A stretch of DNA of 64,000 bases from the NCBI GenBank assembly GCA_964106645.2, contig OZ067043.1; one strand, written 5' to 3'. Origin of the DNA: Podarcis pityusensis. Taxonomy: Eukaryota. A program made the translations under genes and the position numbers. The notes beneath the pieces are model-generated. The model did not search any database, was not told the origin of the DNA, and was given only the letters and a program-made list of their open reading frames with translations. Positions 10,900 to 24,253 of this stretch are shown here, piece by piece (position 1 is the stretch's first letter; every line of letters starts with the position of its first letter).

Positions 10900-11653
10900 T
10901 AAGAGAAACAGAGGTAGGAAGAAGAAAGTCATTCTAACCCCATTCATACCTATGAAACAGAGTAAGCATAAACTCAAGAATCCCCATTAGCTTCTCCTCT
11001 AGCTAGTGCCACAAATAATAAAAATGTCTCAGCTCCTACTGGGCATATTACTAAACGTCACACACAGGTAGCACTGAGTAACACTGGAAATACACTACAG
11101 GCATGAATGCTGCCCTTTCAAAGCTTTAGGGAATAAATTGCTTGTTTCATGTTCTTAACTTTAAAGTATTTTGATACAGGTGCCAACCCTTTGGTTTCTT
11201 CTCTACTAACCTGGTTTAGGAAGTGTTCCATTTTAGCTGATATCGCAAAGTAGATTATAACTGTAAATCTTCTGTTTACACAAGTTGTTTCATGGTTGTA
11301 GTGCTTATTTCCTTCTTTAAATACACTCTCACAATAATTAAATGTGTGTGGGGGGGTTAATTTATAAAACAACTTTTCTTTCTTTTCTTTCAATCGACAA
11401 GTTACGATGTTTAGATGGAAGCGCGGAAAGGTTCAAACCCTTTAAGGACTTTTCCCACTGAACGAACAAAAATATGTCTGTACTAATGACTGAACTTTGT
11501 TTCAGTTTCATGATCACAGCTTATAAAGCACTGATCTTTTGATGCAGTGGACTGAAGATTTTGAGGCAGAACCTTCCAATATGTTAAAGCTCAGCTATTC
11601 GAAGGAAACAAACCACTGGCCCTTCAATAAGGCCCTTGCAGGAACGTGTAGAG

Positions 11654-11989
11654 CAGAGGTGGGGCCAAATGCAACCCCCTTCCAGCTTATGTCTGGCCCT
11701 CAGAACTTTGCCCAGGCCACAGCCCCTCTCCTCAGGCAACACCCATCATTAGCCCTAATACATACCACAAATACAGTATTTTTGCCTGGTTGGAATGTGC
11801 CTGTAGACTCCGATGCCTCTTGCTTGCATGGAAAAGGGTGTAAATGTGTATAGAAACTGAATATCTGTACTGTACATTTGTTGCTCCAGCCACTTTTGCT
11901 TCTGGTTCCACCCACTTCTGGCGGGCAGCCCTCTGACATTTGCCCAGAGGGGAATGTGTTCCTCAAGCCAAAAATATTGCCCTCCTCTG
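11654..11989. mobile_element. hAT (Charlie-like) non-autonomous element
   Basis: Termini CAGAGGTGGG / CCCTCCTCTG; TSD GTGTAGAG/CTGTAGAG. Confidence 0.7.
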
Positions 11990-14864
11990 CTGTAGAGCTC
12001 ATTCTGGAGCTAGAATTAAGACTCATTACCAGAACATTTGGGGTTCCAGAAAAATGCAGTTTAGAAATGACCTAAGTCAAGGGTGGGAGGAGCTAGAGAT
12101 CAGCTTCCATTAGTCCCAGCCACCATGACCAGTGGTCAAAGCTGATGGGAAGCTGTAGCCCCAATAACTCCTGGAATGCCACATATTTCCATCTCTAATG
12201 TAAGGCATGTCAATCAATTCTGCCAAGGAACCTTGCCTTGGCCAACTCTCCTCTTTCACAAAGCTCCTTAAGTTTCACCATCAAGTCTACCTAAGATAAG
12301 GGCACCTAGTGCTAGGAGCCAAACCTGAAAATGGTCCAGAAAATAGATGGATACTTGCATATTTTCTGAAAAAATTAGCAAGGCGAAACTGATCGGGTAG
12401 CCCAATATTCAGTTCAGCCACAGTTAATTTTGAGGCGTGTTCATAATATAGGTTTTTGTAGTCTTATTAGACACAACAATGCTTAAGCCCTATTAAGACA
12501 TCAATTATCTTTGTTACTGAACACAATGGATTTTATTGATCTCCAAAGCTGGAGCAGAACAGTTCAGTTCTGTGAAATGAAGTATGAAACAAGATCAATG
12601 TTTTATATTTAATGTACAGGTATTTTTCAACGGCTGATCTGAATCACTGGAAGAGAGCTTTCAGTGTTGCTTTTCAGACCAACCACAACTGAAATTTGGT
12701 AGACTGACACAGTTGCTAACAGGGGATCACTGACTTCTCTTCCTAAGGAAAGTAGTACATTACACTAGTTCTTTTAGCCATTGATTTATTGTAGACCTTT
12801 AAACAGATTTCAGCTCAAGTTGTCACAGTGAGAGAAGAATCCAGTAACATCATAGCAATATGGAATCCTTAGTTCAATAATACTGAACCTTCAAAGTAAG
12901 GGTACTACATTTCAGTCCATTTAACCTTTACTGTATATAGTCTGGATTATTTTGCAAAGGCATCTCCTAAAACAAGAATCCAAATGAAAAACAAATGTAT
13001 AAGTTAAAGCAAATGTAGTTGAAATAATTGGCGCATAATACAATGGTATTTTAGCCCAGCAAGTGAAAAATCAAGACAACTGACATTGCAGAAGTTATCG
13101 TACAACACAAACAGCAACTGAGCTGCAAAAGTTGCTTGAAAGTAACTATTTCACAGATTAGTAAAGGAGTGTCCATGGTTTCTCGCTTTAAGAAATAGGG
13201 CAAGTTTTAAACTTCAGAATTTGTATTGACTAGATGAAATCACAGCAATATAACTTGCTTAATGATTGCCCTTGCAAGTTATTCTATTAGGCTCCCATTG
13301 ATCAACTTTTAGACAGAAAGCCTCATTTTCTACCACCACTATATTAGAGAATCATCAACTTTATAATTATGCAGAGATGCTTTCAATAGTGATATTTATA
13401 GAGAATGGCATACCAATTTTATTGGCTTGTCACTTCACCGTAGGGTTTACAATAGCTTCCTCTTCTGTTGTTCATCATTTACTTGAAGCATGGACACTTC
13501 AGTAAACCAAATAAAGATGCTTATTATTTTTCAGAACATTTTTACCAATTAGCAAGGGTAAAATAAAATTTAAAACATTAAAGATTTTTAGAGCACTTGT
13601 AAAAAAATACTGAAATAAAATTCCCAATTCAACACATTTAGAATTATATTAACAATAAATTAGAACTTGCAAACTCCCCTGGAAAGTACTGATTTATAAA
13701 ACTGTATTAGACATTTGTTTGGTCACAAGCCTCAACGTAATGATTTATTCTTATTCATTAAGTAGGTTTTTAAAAGCTGGCCATGTCCCAGATAGGGTTA
13801 AGTGTAAACTGTGTCTGGGTTTATGCATAGTGGGAAACCATGATTATCTATTCCAAGAATGAGTTCCAACATCCTTGGGCTTGTGAGTATCTTCCCTGCT
13901 TTGTGCCCCAGAGGAAGAAATTGAAAACTTTTTATTTCAATTTTGAACTAACAGATCCTAGCAACAGCTCTGTATAGCGAACACAAGCCAGGATCAAACC
14001 ATGGTTTCAGATCTTGGCTGGCATCTACGTAAGAGGGAAGTGTGGCTAGTTTAAAATTGAAAGTAGCATTTATCAATTTCAACTGGTGTGTGAAGGAGTG
14101 TGAGAGTCAAGAGACTTCTTGTGAACAAGTCAATGTCAAATATACCAATGTCCAATATACACAGAAATTTTTGTCTGCCACCAATGTTGCCTGTTTTTTA
14201 GGGAAAGGTTGTTGTTGTTGTTTAAATTAATCATTTCTCTGAGCTGACAAGTGTAGCAAATGAAAGCCAGGGAAGCTTATTTGTTTTAGGATACAGAAGT
14301 GACACCATAATAGATTCCTCTATACATTAAAGTTTTATTTCTGACCCACAGTACTTCAGTGCCAGAAACTGACACAAAGGTCAATAAAAATGTACTCTTA
14401 TTGTGGAAAATGAGCCATTTGAAGCAATAAGGATTTCTAAGCAATTCTACATGTTAGTTTCATTTATCCACAGCTGAGAAGACAACTTAAAAGGCATCTT
14501 TGACCACAAAAAATTCCTTACACTATTAGAAACAAGATTCCAAATATACACTCTGATACCAACAGATGTTCATAATTTGAAAATACCACAACCTTAATGT
14601 ATAGACAATACTTATGATTTTTGGTAAGCAAAAAAAAAAAAAAGATGCAAATAAATGTAAATTCTCTACAAACCCCATTTGCTCAACACAATTTCCTTTA
14701 CTGGTGGAAAATGAGATTGAATTCCATGACAGTAGAACAGTAATCAATTATGTAACTTTATTTGAATCTGAATTTTGACTACCCCTGCAAAAGCCTCTTC
14801 ATTGGAAAAAGTCACCAAAGTTAACAGAAGTCTTAGAATAAGATAATGAATTCATTTTTTAAAT

Positions 14865-15017
14865 CTATATTGCTGACTGAGTCAAGTTAACTTTCGTAGG
14901 TAGAGGTCCAGCTTCTTCTTCATCAGCCTTGCATTTAACCACAATGAGAGCAGAAGTTGGGTATCGATTCAGTTTTTGTTCATTCATGTATTCCAAATCC
15001 CCATAGATACTCAGCTT
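14865..15017 (-). CDS. TMEM59: TMEM59 exon 8 (terminal)
   Basis: KLSIYGDLEYMNEQKLNRYP...EEAGPLPTKVNLTQSAI*; minus-strand AATAAA at 14757-14762 and 14334-14339. Confidence 0.95.
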   Translation of the reverse strand, partial: KLSIYGDLEYMNEQKLNRYPTSALIVVKCKADEEEAGPLPTKVNLTQSAI

Positions 15018-18000
15018 CTAAAATAATAACAACAACAACAAAATGATATTAGATGGAAATCATTTCACACAGTAAGTTTTATTCCAGTACATCTTGGTGC
15101 ATGGATATCATGACTAAAATCTTATGCACACTTACTGGAGAATAACTCCTACTGAAGTCAGTGGGACTTACTTTCAAGTAAACATGCCTAGGATTATACT
15201 GTTAAACAGGACCACACACTTTTAGTTCACTCTCCAGAAACATAGGGTTGGGGGGTAGGGGTGAGGAGTAGAAGATATTAAACAAGTATTTATGAGTGAA
15301 ATTTTCAAGGCTTTGAGACACCGGCAAAGAAAAGGCACAATTAAATTGTGCATTAGTAGGAAGTAGCAATGGAAGACTTCAAATTTTAATAAAGATTTTG
15401 GACATTACATCTGAAACATAATTAGCCCTTTAGCTGAGCACCGCTTTTTAAAATGGCTGCATATGGCTCCACAAACTACTCGATGATAGATCTTGATCTA
15501 ATCCTGCATAGCATTTTGTATGTTACATAATATATGCATGGCTATCAATATGACTTCTACAATGGTATTTTATTTACATTAACATTTTCGGGCATATTTG
15601 CTACCAGAAATGCCTCTCCCTTTTTTTGCAACTGTACTATAACTTTTATGAACTGAGATGGCTTCAGTACTGCAACCTCACAGAAATGCCCACCAAATCT
15701 AGAGAATGTCACCTTGCTAAGCAAAAATCACGTGCATGCTTTGCTTCAGCTGCGAGGTGTCAAAACTCATCCCATGAAACCACTCTTGTTATCTTTTGTT
15801 TTCCTGAAAAAGCTAGCATGAACTGTCACTACCAGTTTACATATTCCATACTGTATTTGCCCCAGTGATCACATCAGCTGATTAAGTTGGCAATTTCATT
15901 GGAGGTTAGCTACAAGCAGGTGAGACCTCTTACAATATATAATCAATATATATGTTCACAATCCTGTTTCATTAACAAGAGAATCATTAGATACTCTCTT
16001 CTGCACAAAAGGGCTCTAATCAAACCCAAAGCATTCTGATATCACAGAATATAATGTGGTAGGATCCTGGAAAATTTAGGACTTAAGTTACCTCAGATGG
16101 AACATATTGCTCCACAGCAGTAGTAACAGTTGCACAACAAATCCAGAGCAACACCAGTACAGAAAGGACAAGTGTGGTTGTCAGTATCCAGCCAGAATTT
16201 CTGTAATATAAGAAAACAGATCAGCCATAAAGACAAGCTTGAGGTATATTGAAAATTGTATCCCCCCTAAATATTGTTTCTACACACACACAATCCAAAA
16301 TAGGCAGACTTAGATGCCATCACAGTCAACTACTGTACCTTAATCTGGTCCCAGAAAATAAGCAAAAGCTACTGTCTTTGAGCTTTCAAGATCTAATAAG
16401 AGGTTATTGTTTCCCATTACCATTTACCTTCAGTGAAAATGATCACATGATCATGTCTCAGCTTAATAAGCCGAGATATGTACAGACAGTATGCCTGTGA
16501 AATACAGTGATTTCCTTTCATGGTGTGCCTGAATGAAATACAGAAGTCTTTTTCAGTTAACCAGTTTTCAATTTCATCTGAACCAGGAACTACGGTTACT
16601 AGGCTCAGAAGAACTTAAGACCTTTCGAAGTTGGTTTAGGATCCAAAGCTGTTAACAATCACTGCCACAAGCCTAAAAGCACAACTACTTTAGCACCTTT
16701 CATACTCAAACTGACCCTCAATATTATGTGAGCCAACAGCTTTGCTCAGAACTTTGTTTTACTTACAGATAGACCTAACACAGTAATATTAAAGAATGGT
16801 CTGAGTTTGGAAACAATGTTCAATGCAAGCAGCATGTTTGTAGTAAAAGTTGTGCCACTATGGGCATTTCCTATTTTTAGAGAGCATTCAATTAGATACA
16901 GCATGTTAGAATGTCAGAATGTTAATTTTAAGAAAATGTTTTGTGAAAACATTTCACATGATTGTTTTGGTAGTTGAACTACATGTGATATACAGCATTA
17001 GGGAATGAAACATGTCTCTCCCTTCTTATGCTTCATATGCTAAAATGTACATACATTGAAACACATTTGAAGAAGTTATCACTTTCATCTTCGTCGAAGA
17101 ATCCCTTGTGTGTCTGTGGACCTCCTGGCTGCAGATCTACTGAAAATCATAGTACATTTTTGTTTAATTTTATCACAGAATCCAAGACACATATGCTCAA
17201 TACATTCTGTATGCTATGAATGTCTACCCAACCTTTTTTCCTTCCGGTAAATCCTACTGCTAGACACAGCAAACTCTTTAAATAAATGTTAAGATTGAGC
17301 AGTGCCCCCTTTTTTAACTGGAAGGAAGTCCTAGGAAAAAGCGAACAGCTAAAAAATATCTTGTGGGTTTGTTTCTTTGCAATATGCAGTGTCTTGCTGA
17401 ACCAGAGCCAATGAAGCAACTGAAGTACAAAACTTGTAAAAACAAGTTTCAGTTGCCATGTTTAAACATCAGGCAAAGATTGTGTCATCAAGCAAATTCC
17501 AAACAGTAAGCATCTTAAAAAATAAGCTACTGGTTTCCACAGTTATCTAATCATGGATACAAATTGCCGGTCAGACACTGACAGTACATCCTTACTGTTT
17601 GGCAAACCATATTCTATTCCTTGAAGTTCCCTAAAACAACTTACAAGATGCTTTGCGAAATGATGGTTCTTTTAAATCCTGTGTTTCCTGACCAGGACTT
17701 TCAATGAACTGAACTTCTGGCTTTGACTGAAATAACAACAAAACCTTCAAATTAGTGAAACAAACCTAACATATTTACCTACATAATGACACAAACTGTA
17801 ATTTAAATAGACACATTATATTTTTAAGCAGAGCAAGCCCAATAAAACAGAACACTCCCAGACATTCAACATGGAGTTATTTGATTTAAAACAGAATAAC
17901 AAAAAACACCCTCCCTTAGTTCTCTTGAACTCTTATGTCAGAACAGGTAAGAGCAGGTTAGCAAGTACCTGGAATATTACTATTTTGCCATCATCAGCTT

Positions 18001-21000
18001 GAAGGTAGAAAGTCCATGAGGCAGTGACGAAGCTATGGGCTGTTTCCATTATATCACTCCAGAATGATCTCACAAGCGTAAGGGGGAATAGAAGGTGCAT
18101 TCTTGGCATTAAGGACATGAGCTGCAAATAAATAGTGATTCACATATTAATATAAAAGCAAAAATTTCAAATATGTCACAGAGCTTCTCTCCACAATTTA
18201 CTTTTAAAATAGCTGAAGAATGGGTTGAAGAATACAAGCAGAGAAAATGTATTCACTCACTCTAATATAAATACTTACATGGTCTCGTCTCAGTTCAGCA
18301 TATGGTAACTGATTCTGGCATCCAAGACGGCAGGCATATTGTTCATCAGACTGAGAGGTATATGCCTCAGAACATGCTGTAAAAGACACATTATTTCAGT
18401 TTGAATGTTCACACCTTCCACATAAGCAGCTAAAGCACACTTGAATATTAGGGTGCAACACCACACATATTGCTACTAATGTTGGACTTCCCTTCCTGAC
18501 GCTCATCTTTCCAATCCAATTATGTCAGTGGTGAGATAAAAGAGAGGCAAAATTGAACTACACTTCAGCATTCAGGATCTGTAAAAACACCCCCCAAGTG
18601 ACAGAAATATCAGAGGGGCAGGATAAAACCAGAATACCCACTCACTTTCAGTATGCCCCCTGAGCTATATACTTAGCTTTCAGTTTTGCCAACTCTGTCA
18701 GGATGCAACTTCTAAAAGGCTCCAGTTCCAACATTTTAGATAGGAGACAGGAAAAATAATAGCATCGCAGAGTGAAAATAACAATTGTATACAGAGAAAC
18801 TGCAGAGGGAAAATAAACTCTTCCCAGAACTGTATACTCAGCAAGCCAATTAGGGCTGCAATGCTATGTGCGCTTACTTGACGTGAGCACTACTCAAGTC
18901 AATGGATCTACTTCCAATCAAAGCTTACAAGATTATTATTCATGAATGTTTATATTTAATATCCAATTCAGCATGGAAACAGAACTTTCTCTTCCATGAC
19001 AGGCTCAATTTTGTGACGGGGTGCAGACCTATCTCATACAGTAGAAGCAAGACCCATACTGTCTCAACAAAGCTGCAAATAGCTTTGGGACTGAGAGATT
19101 CCCATCCCAGCTGCAAGCAACTTTGTGACTGAAAACTTCTTAATTACACTTTCTTTCATCTCAGAAAACTCCTCTTTGTTTCAGAAAAATTCTCTTTCAA
19201 AGGAGAAGCTACAATTACAAAAATCTTCAGGCATCAACACTATTATTATATTTTATATCACAACATTCTCTTACGTTGCAAACTTTTGTTTATTTTCTCA
19301 TTTTATTTTTAAGCTTCCAATGACATATTTTATGATAACTAACAAAATGTGACAAAGTGCATGTTTTAAGGCTTATTATTTTGTTATAGATTTCCCTGAT
19401 GACAGGGTATCTGTGGCTGACACATGCTGACGTTAAGCCAAATTTACTTTTTGACTTTGTAATAAATCAGATTTCATGCCCTTATGTGGACACTTATTTT
19501 GTGGCATGATTTTGGAAGCTTCCTCCTTGCTGAACTCTCTTGATGTTAATCAATTAACATCATGGTGTTAATTCTTCTCCTAGGGAGATATCCAACTAAG
19601 TCACACTTTGGGTAGACTGACTGAAATAAAGTTACTGGTCAATATAGTTCAATCAGCCGACTCTGAGTAGGAAGAAAAGTGGTGACCACCCATATATTAC
19701 AAGCTGAAAAAGAGGCTAGCTTAACTTACCAGAGTCACATTCCAACTTGGTCCGATTCAAATCAATCCCATCATCCACAAACTGACAAATGGAGAAGAGT
19801 CTGCAGCCCCTTTGACATGCATAGAGCTCTTCTTCCTGGTAATGAAAACCTAAGAGGTCAGTATCACTCTTTTATAATCGTCCTACTCTAACCCTACTCA
19901 TACCACAAAGACATACACAATGTGCTGCACAGTTTAACTTCAAAAATCTTTTGCTTTTATTATTTCACAGAGCTACAAGAGTGAGCCAAGATTTTTCACT
20001 GAGACTTCAGCAGACTACTGAGGTTAGTAAAAGTAGGCTTTAATACAAGTCTTGTATCTGAGCCTTGAAACACCTTATACAAATATGAAACCAAGATGTT
20101 GAATAAAATATTATTATTTAGTTTACTTTGGAACAAGCTGCACAAATATAAACTATCTTGAGTGGGTGATCGTGGACCAGATCCAGGTGCCCTTGATGGA
20201 AATTTATTTTCTAGATCCATTTCAATCAGGGTTTAGGCTCTGTTTTGGAACAGAAACTGCTTCGATTGCCCTGTATGAGGACCTCTGTTGGGAGAGAGAC
20301 AGAGGAAATAGGTCCTGGTTAATTCTCTTCAACCTCTCAGCAGTTTTTAATACCACTGACCATGATATCCTTCTGGAGTGGCTGTCCTGAGTTAGGGGTG
20401 GGTGGCACTGCTTTTGACCAACCTGTATTTGAGGTATCCTTTGTCTCTAGTCTAGGGACGCGGGTGGCGCTGTGGTCTAAACCACAGAGCCTAGGGCTTG
20501 CCGATTAGAAGGTTGGCAGTTCGAATCCCTGCGACAGCGCGAGCTTCCATTGTTCGGTCCCAGCTCCTGCCCACCTAGCAGTTCAAAAGCACGTCAAGTG
20601 CAAGTAGATAAATAGGTACCGCTCCAGCAGGAAGGTAAACGGCGTTTCCGTGCGCTGCTCTGGTTCGCCAGAAGTGGTTTAGTCATGCTGGCCACATGAC
20701 CCGGAAGCTGTCTGCAGCCAAATGCCGGCTCCCTCGGCCTATAGAGTGAGATAAGCGTGCAACCCGAGTCGTCCACGACTGGATCTAACGGTCAGGGGTT
20801 CCTTTACCTTTCTCCCCAGTCAACATATGGACCCCTTCTCCAGTGTGGTGGAGTCAACATATGGGACCCCTTCTCGCCAGTGTGGTGTAGTGGTTAAGAG
20901 CAATAGACTCGTAATCTGGGGAACCGGGTTCGCGTCTCCGCTCCTCCACATGCAGCTGCTGGGTGACCTTGGGCCAGTCACACTTCTTTGAAGTCTCTCA

Positions 21001-23159
21001 GCCCCACTCACCTCACAGAGTGTTTGTTGTGGGGGAGGAAGGGAAAGGAGAATGTTAGCCGCTTTGAGACTCCCTACGGTAGTGATAAAGCGGGATATCA
21101 AATCCAAACTCTTCTTCTTCTTCTTCTTAAGCTAGATATTTATCTATTATGAATATTTCAGTCTTAATCAGGAACCTGAAAGCAGGTGTAACACACATGC
21201 TCCAAAATGGTAATTCTTATGCTGTTCAACAATCAAATGACAATGCATTGTGTAACTATGTATTTTCTGTGTAGTAACAGTGCCATAGGTATCTATCAAG
21301 GAAAGTAACAGTGTCAATGTCTTAAAGCAGTATTGATTACACTGATGGGTGCAATGGCAAACAACGGCATGGAAGACATACAGTAGCTAACAATAATATG
21401 GATGTGAAAGGAGGAATTTTGGCAGAGATATGAAGGAGCATGTTTGCTGAGAAGCCCTGGTCTGATGTGTCATTATGTTAACATCTTGGCATAATCATCA
21501 TGACAGGTAAAGACCTAACATTGAGGAGAAACCTGTTATCTTGTACGGTAAGAAGCAGGTAGCTACAAGAAGCTACACAAATACTGGGCTGGGTGGGTGA
21601 AATTAAAGAATAATTTTCTCAGCTCCATGTGTGCACTGGGAAGAAGAGAGTTAGGAAAGATATCAGGACAGATACTGAACAAACACTCTTAGTGAATTTA
21701 CAGTAGTATAAAAGTCAGCAAAGTGTCACTATTTTGGTTCTAGATGTGGAATTGGGGGAGTTATATAGGCTGGAAAGTGGGCTATAATGACAACTATATT
21801 TTTGTAATAAAAATGTAGAGATCAAATCCTGTAGATGATATAGACACAATACATTTTACTTTGCAGTTTGCTGAGAAATAAGAGTGCAATCCCATGCATG
21901 CCTACTAAAAAGCAGATTCCATTGAATTAGTTAGAGTTTAATCTCAGGTAATGCACCTAAAATTGCAGCCTTAGTATCTCATGGGGAAACATAGAAAAGT
22001 TTCCGTTTCCATATGTCAATCAATGTGAAAATCATTAGCCCAACCATTATTTGGCCTTCAGACCAGCTGACAAAAGTGCTTGCAGAGAAACCAGAATCTG
22101 AAGGCAGTTCCAGATACCTTATCTTAGCAGTTTTCCTTTTCCTTAAAGTTGACAGCCTTTTGCAGATATGTGGTAGCTGTGCAGGTGACAGCTGAGACCT
22201 ATGCCAGCATTTTGTAAGTCTCTTCGGGCCACTTCTATGAGGAATGCAGCTAACAGGTAACAATAAATCATGCCACTTTGCATTTTGGTACACGTGAAGG
22301 ATTTATTTTTGCACACTTCCTTTGTGTACTAGCCAGCCCAACAAGCTGAGGAGAGGAAAGTGGAGGAGAGCTGATAGCACAGAACTTAGCGGACGCAACT
22401 GTAGAGACTCCCACTTGCACCCAGCCAAGCTGCGAGGCCCCACCTCAGGCAGTCAAAGATTACCAGGTGAGAAATCCGTCCGCGCTCTAATAGCCGCTTG
22501 GCGGTTGCAACCCCAGGAAGGGCATCGCAGCACTGGCAAAACCAGTCAGGCCCCATCCACCGGCCAAAGGAGGAGCAGCAGTCGCCGCAGGGAGTGTGGC
22601 TTCCTTCCCATTCCCTTTCCTTGCCAAGAAGAATATTCAGCCCCGGCTGCCAGTTGCCCCCAGGGCTGCACAGCGAAAGGAAAACAAGCCACGGTCGCAT
22701 CCCTACACTGAGGGTGGTGGTGGGGAGATATATTAAATATAAGCAGCGATGCCGCAGGGGCTGCCCCTCCTGTCCGCAACCAAGGGTCAGATTCTTATTT
22801 TTTTATTTAAGAAACCAGGAGCGCCCGGGGCTTAAATGCAGGTGGCAGGATGAAAAGGGAAGGTCCCACTAACTGGCTGCTATCGTGACGTGGTTCTTGG
22901 GGGGTGGCGGAATATTTCAGTAGGGAATGTGGGGCGCCCCCCCCCCGCCGCTTGTTACCTTGGGGTAAGTATGGAGCGGGTAGGTGCTCTGGCACGTCCG
23001 CTGGCAAGGGGCGGTGTTCCCCAGCGCCGGCTCGAAAGACTCGGAGAGGGACTCCGGAACGGGCTCTAATTCGGGCCGGGCCGCCTCGTCGCCCACAGCG
23101 AGCAGCAGCAGGAGAAGAAGAGACCCCAGCCCCAAACGGCTCGGCCGCAGCGCCGCCAT
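14865..23159 (-). CDS. TMEM59: Transmembrane protein 59, join(23159-22959,19835-19730,18376-18279,18121-17969,17726-17645,17139-17055,16200-16092,15017-14865), 328 aa (327 aa with the distal NAGNAG acceptor)
   Basis: Eight GT-AG exons total 987 nt in frame; signal peptide, TYPLHTYPK, EEELYACQRGCRLFSICQFVDDG, TM helix, YVPSEKLSIYGDL motif. Confidence 0.96.
16092..16200 (-). CDS. TMEM59: TMEM59 exon 7 (transmembrane helix)
   Basis: NSGWILTTTLVLSVLVLLWICCATVTTAVEQYVPSE; 109 nt. Confidence 0.95.
17055..17139 (-). CDS. TMEM59: TMEM59 exon 6 (NAGNAG acceptor; alternative start 17136)
   Basis: DLQPGGPQTHKGFFDEDESDNFFKCVS; cagTAG acceptor, gtatgt donor. Confidence 0.88.
17645..17726 (-). CDS. TMEM59: TMEM59 exon 5
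   Basis: SKPEVQFIESPGQETQDLKEPSFRKAS; 82 nt, ttcag/gtaag. Confidence 0.9.
17969..18121 (-). CDS. TMEM59: TMEM59 exon 4
   Basis: LMSLMPRMHLLFPLTLVRSFW...QADDGKIVIFQ; 153 nt. Confidence 0.95.
18279..18376 (-). CDS. TMEM59: TMEM59 exon 3
   Basis: ACSEAYTSQSDEQYACRLGCQNQLPYAELRRDH; 98 nt. Confidence 0.95.
19730..19835 (-). CDS. TMEM59: TMEM59 exon 2
   Basis: EEELYACQRGCRLFSICQFVDDGIDLNRTKLECDS; 106 nt. Confidence 0.95.
20165..20415 (+). mobile_element. L2-type LINE reverse transcriptase fragment
   Basis: Translates LDPFQSGFR..GTETA..ALYEDL...DRG...ILFNLSAVFNTTDHDILL, a degenerate L2/CR1-clade RT motif. Confidence 0.85.
20455..20811 (+). mobile_element. Sauria SINE (Squam1-type)
   Basis: Highly similar to 2696-3044; ACCTTT tail. 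Confidence 0.92.
20876..21126 (+). mobile_element. tRNA-derived SINE with (CTT)n tail (Squam3-like)
   Basis: A-box TGGTGTAGTGG, B-box GGTTCG, (CTT)n tail; near-identical copy at 43301-43550. Confidence 0.88.
22959..23159 (-). CDS. TMEM59: TMEM59 exon 1
   Basis: MAALRPS...signal peptide...STYPLHTYPK|gtaac. Confidence 0.95.
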
Positions 23160-24169
23160 CTTGAGTCGCCAACCCCCAGCCAGACGGTTGTTTATTTTTG
23201 CTAACCGCCCCTTTCGCGCTTCCGGTTTCCGGCACCCGCCGAACAGCTCTGCGGACTTAAATGGGTTAGACTGGACGGAGGATGCGGACTTCCGGGTTTC
23301 TTTGGGCGGTTCACACCCCTTCCCTGGGCAGAAGGGAGAGTTGCCCGTATAATGGGAGCGGGTTGTGAGGATACACTCGGTTTTTAGTAGAACAGTATTT
23401 GTTCAGCGGTGTATTCACTGGAGAAAGCAACCAAGAGAGGATGTCGTACTATTTGCAACTTAGTTTCATATGTAGAATTCGCTAATTTGGGGTGTTAAAA
23501 ATAATGATAAAAATATTTTAAAACTTGGAAACTAAGGTTTCTGCGCGAGGCTTCTCAATGCAGCTGAGCGCGCTGGATTTTGGCTCGGAGATCGGCTCTG
23601 AGGAGGCAACTGAACGGAGGCCGACATTGCTTCCTGCAACATGAGGGCTGATGGGTGGTGGTGGGGGGGCGTTAAACACAAATCCACACCCGTCTTGGTC
23701 CTTCCTGCCTCTGGTTTGGAGGTAATAAAATCAAAGTACTCTCACTGTCTTGGAATTGATGATTTTAGAGCAATTTTAGGACACTTTCCACGCGACAGAA
23801 GCTTTACGTTAGAAACAGTATGAACATGATCCCTGTCCAACCACAACTACGCTAAAAATCCTAGATTTTCCCAGTTTCCTGAACGGCGCGCTCTCTCTTT
23901 CTCTCTCCCTTGGGGGAAAAGTTCTAAGGAACCATGCAGCTTTCATCTCCATGATGGGTGTTGTGCTACTTAAACTGCAATCCTAATTCTACTGACATGG
24001 GAGTAAGCCCCACTAAATTTAACAGGACGTACTTCTGAGTAGCCATCGCCCTTAAAAAACAATAGGCTGCCTCCATGAATGACTTAGCGGCGTGTGATTG
24101 GAAGAGGAGACAACCGTGAGAGCTAAAACAGAGCGCGCCGCAAGACCTGTCGGGAAATGTAGTTCGGAG

Positions 24170-24253
24170 AGGCTGGAGGCGGGATGGGAGCTGCAATACC
24201 GGAAGCTAATAGGCAGCCGGGAAGCATCTTGGGCGAGTGCTGCTCCTTCCCAG
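24170..24253 (+). other. TCEANC2: Probable non-coding first exon of TCEANC2 (5' end uncertain)
   Basis: Strong donor CAG|GTGAGT at 24253/24254 within the CpG island, upstream of the ATG exon. Confidence 0.6.
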
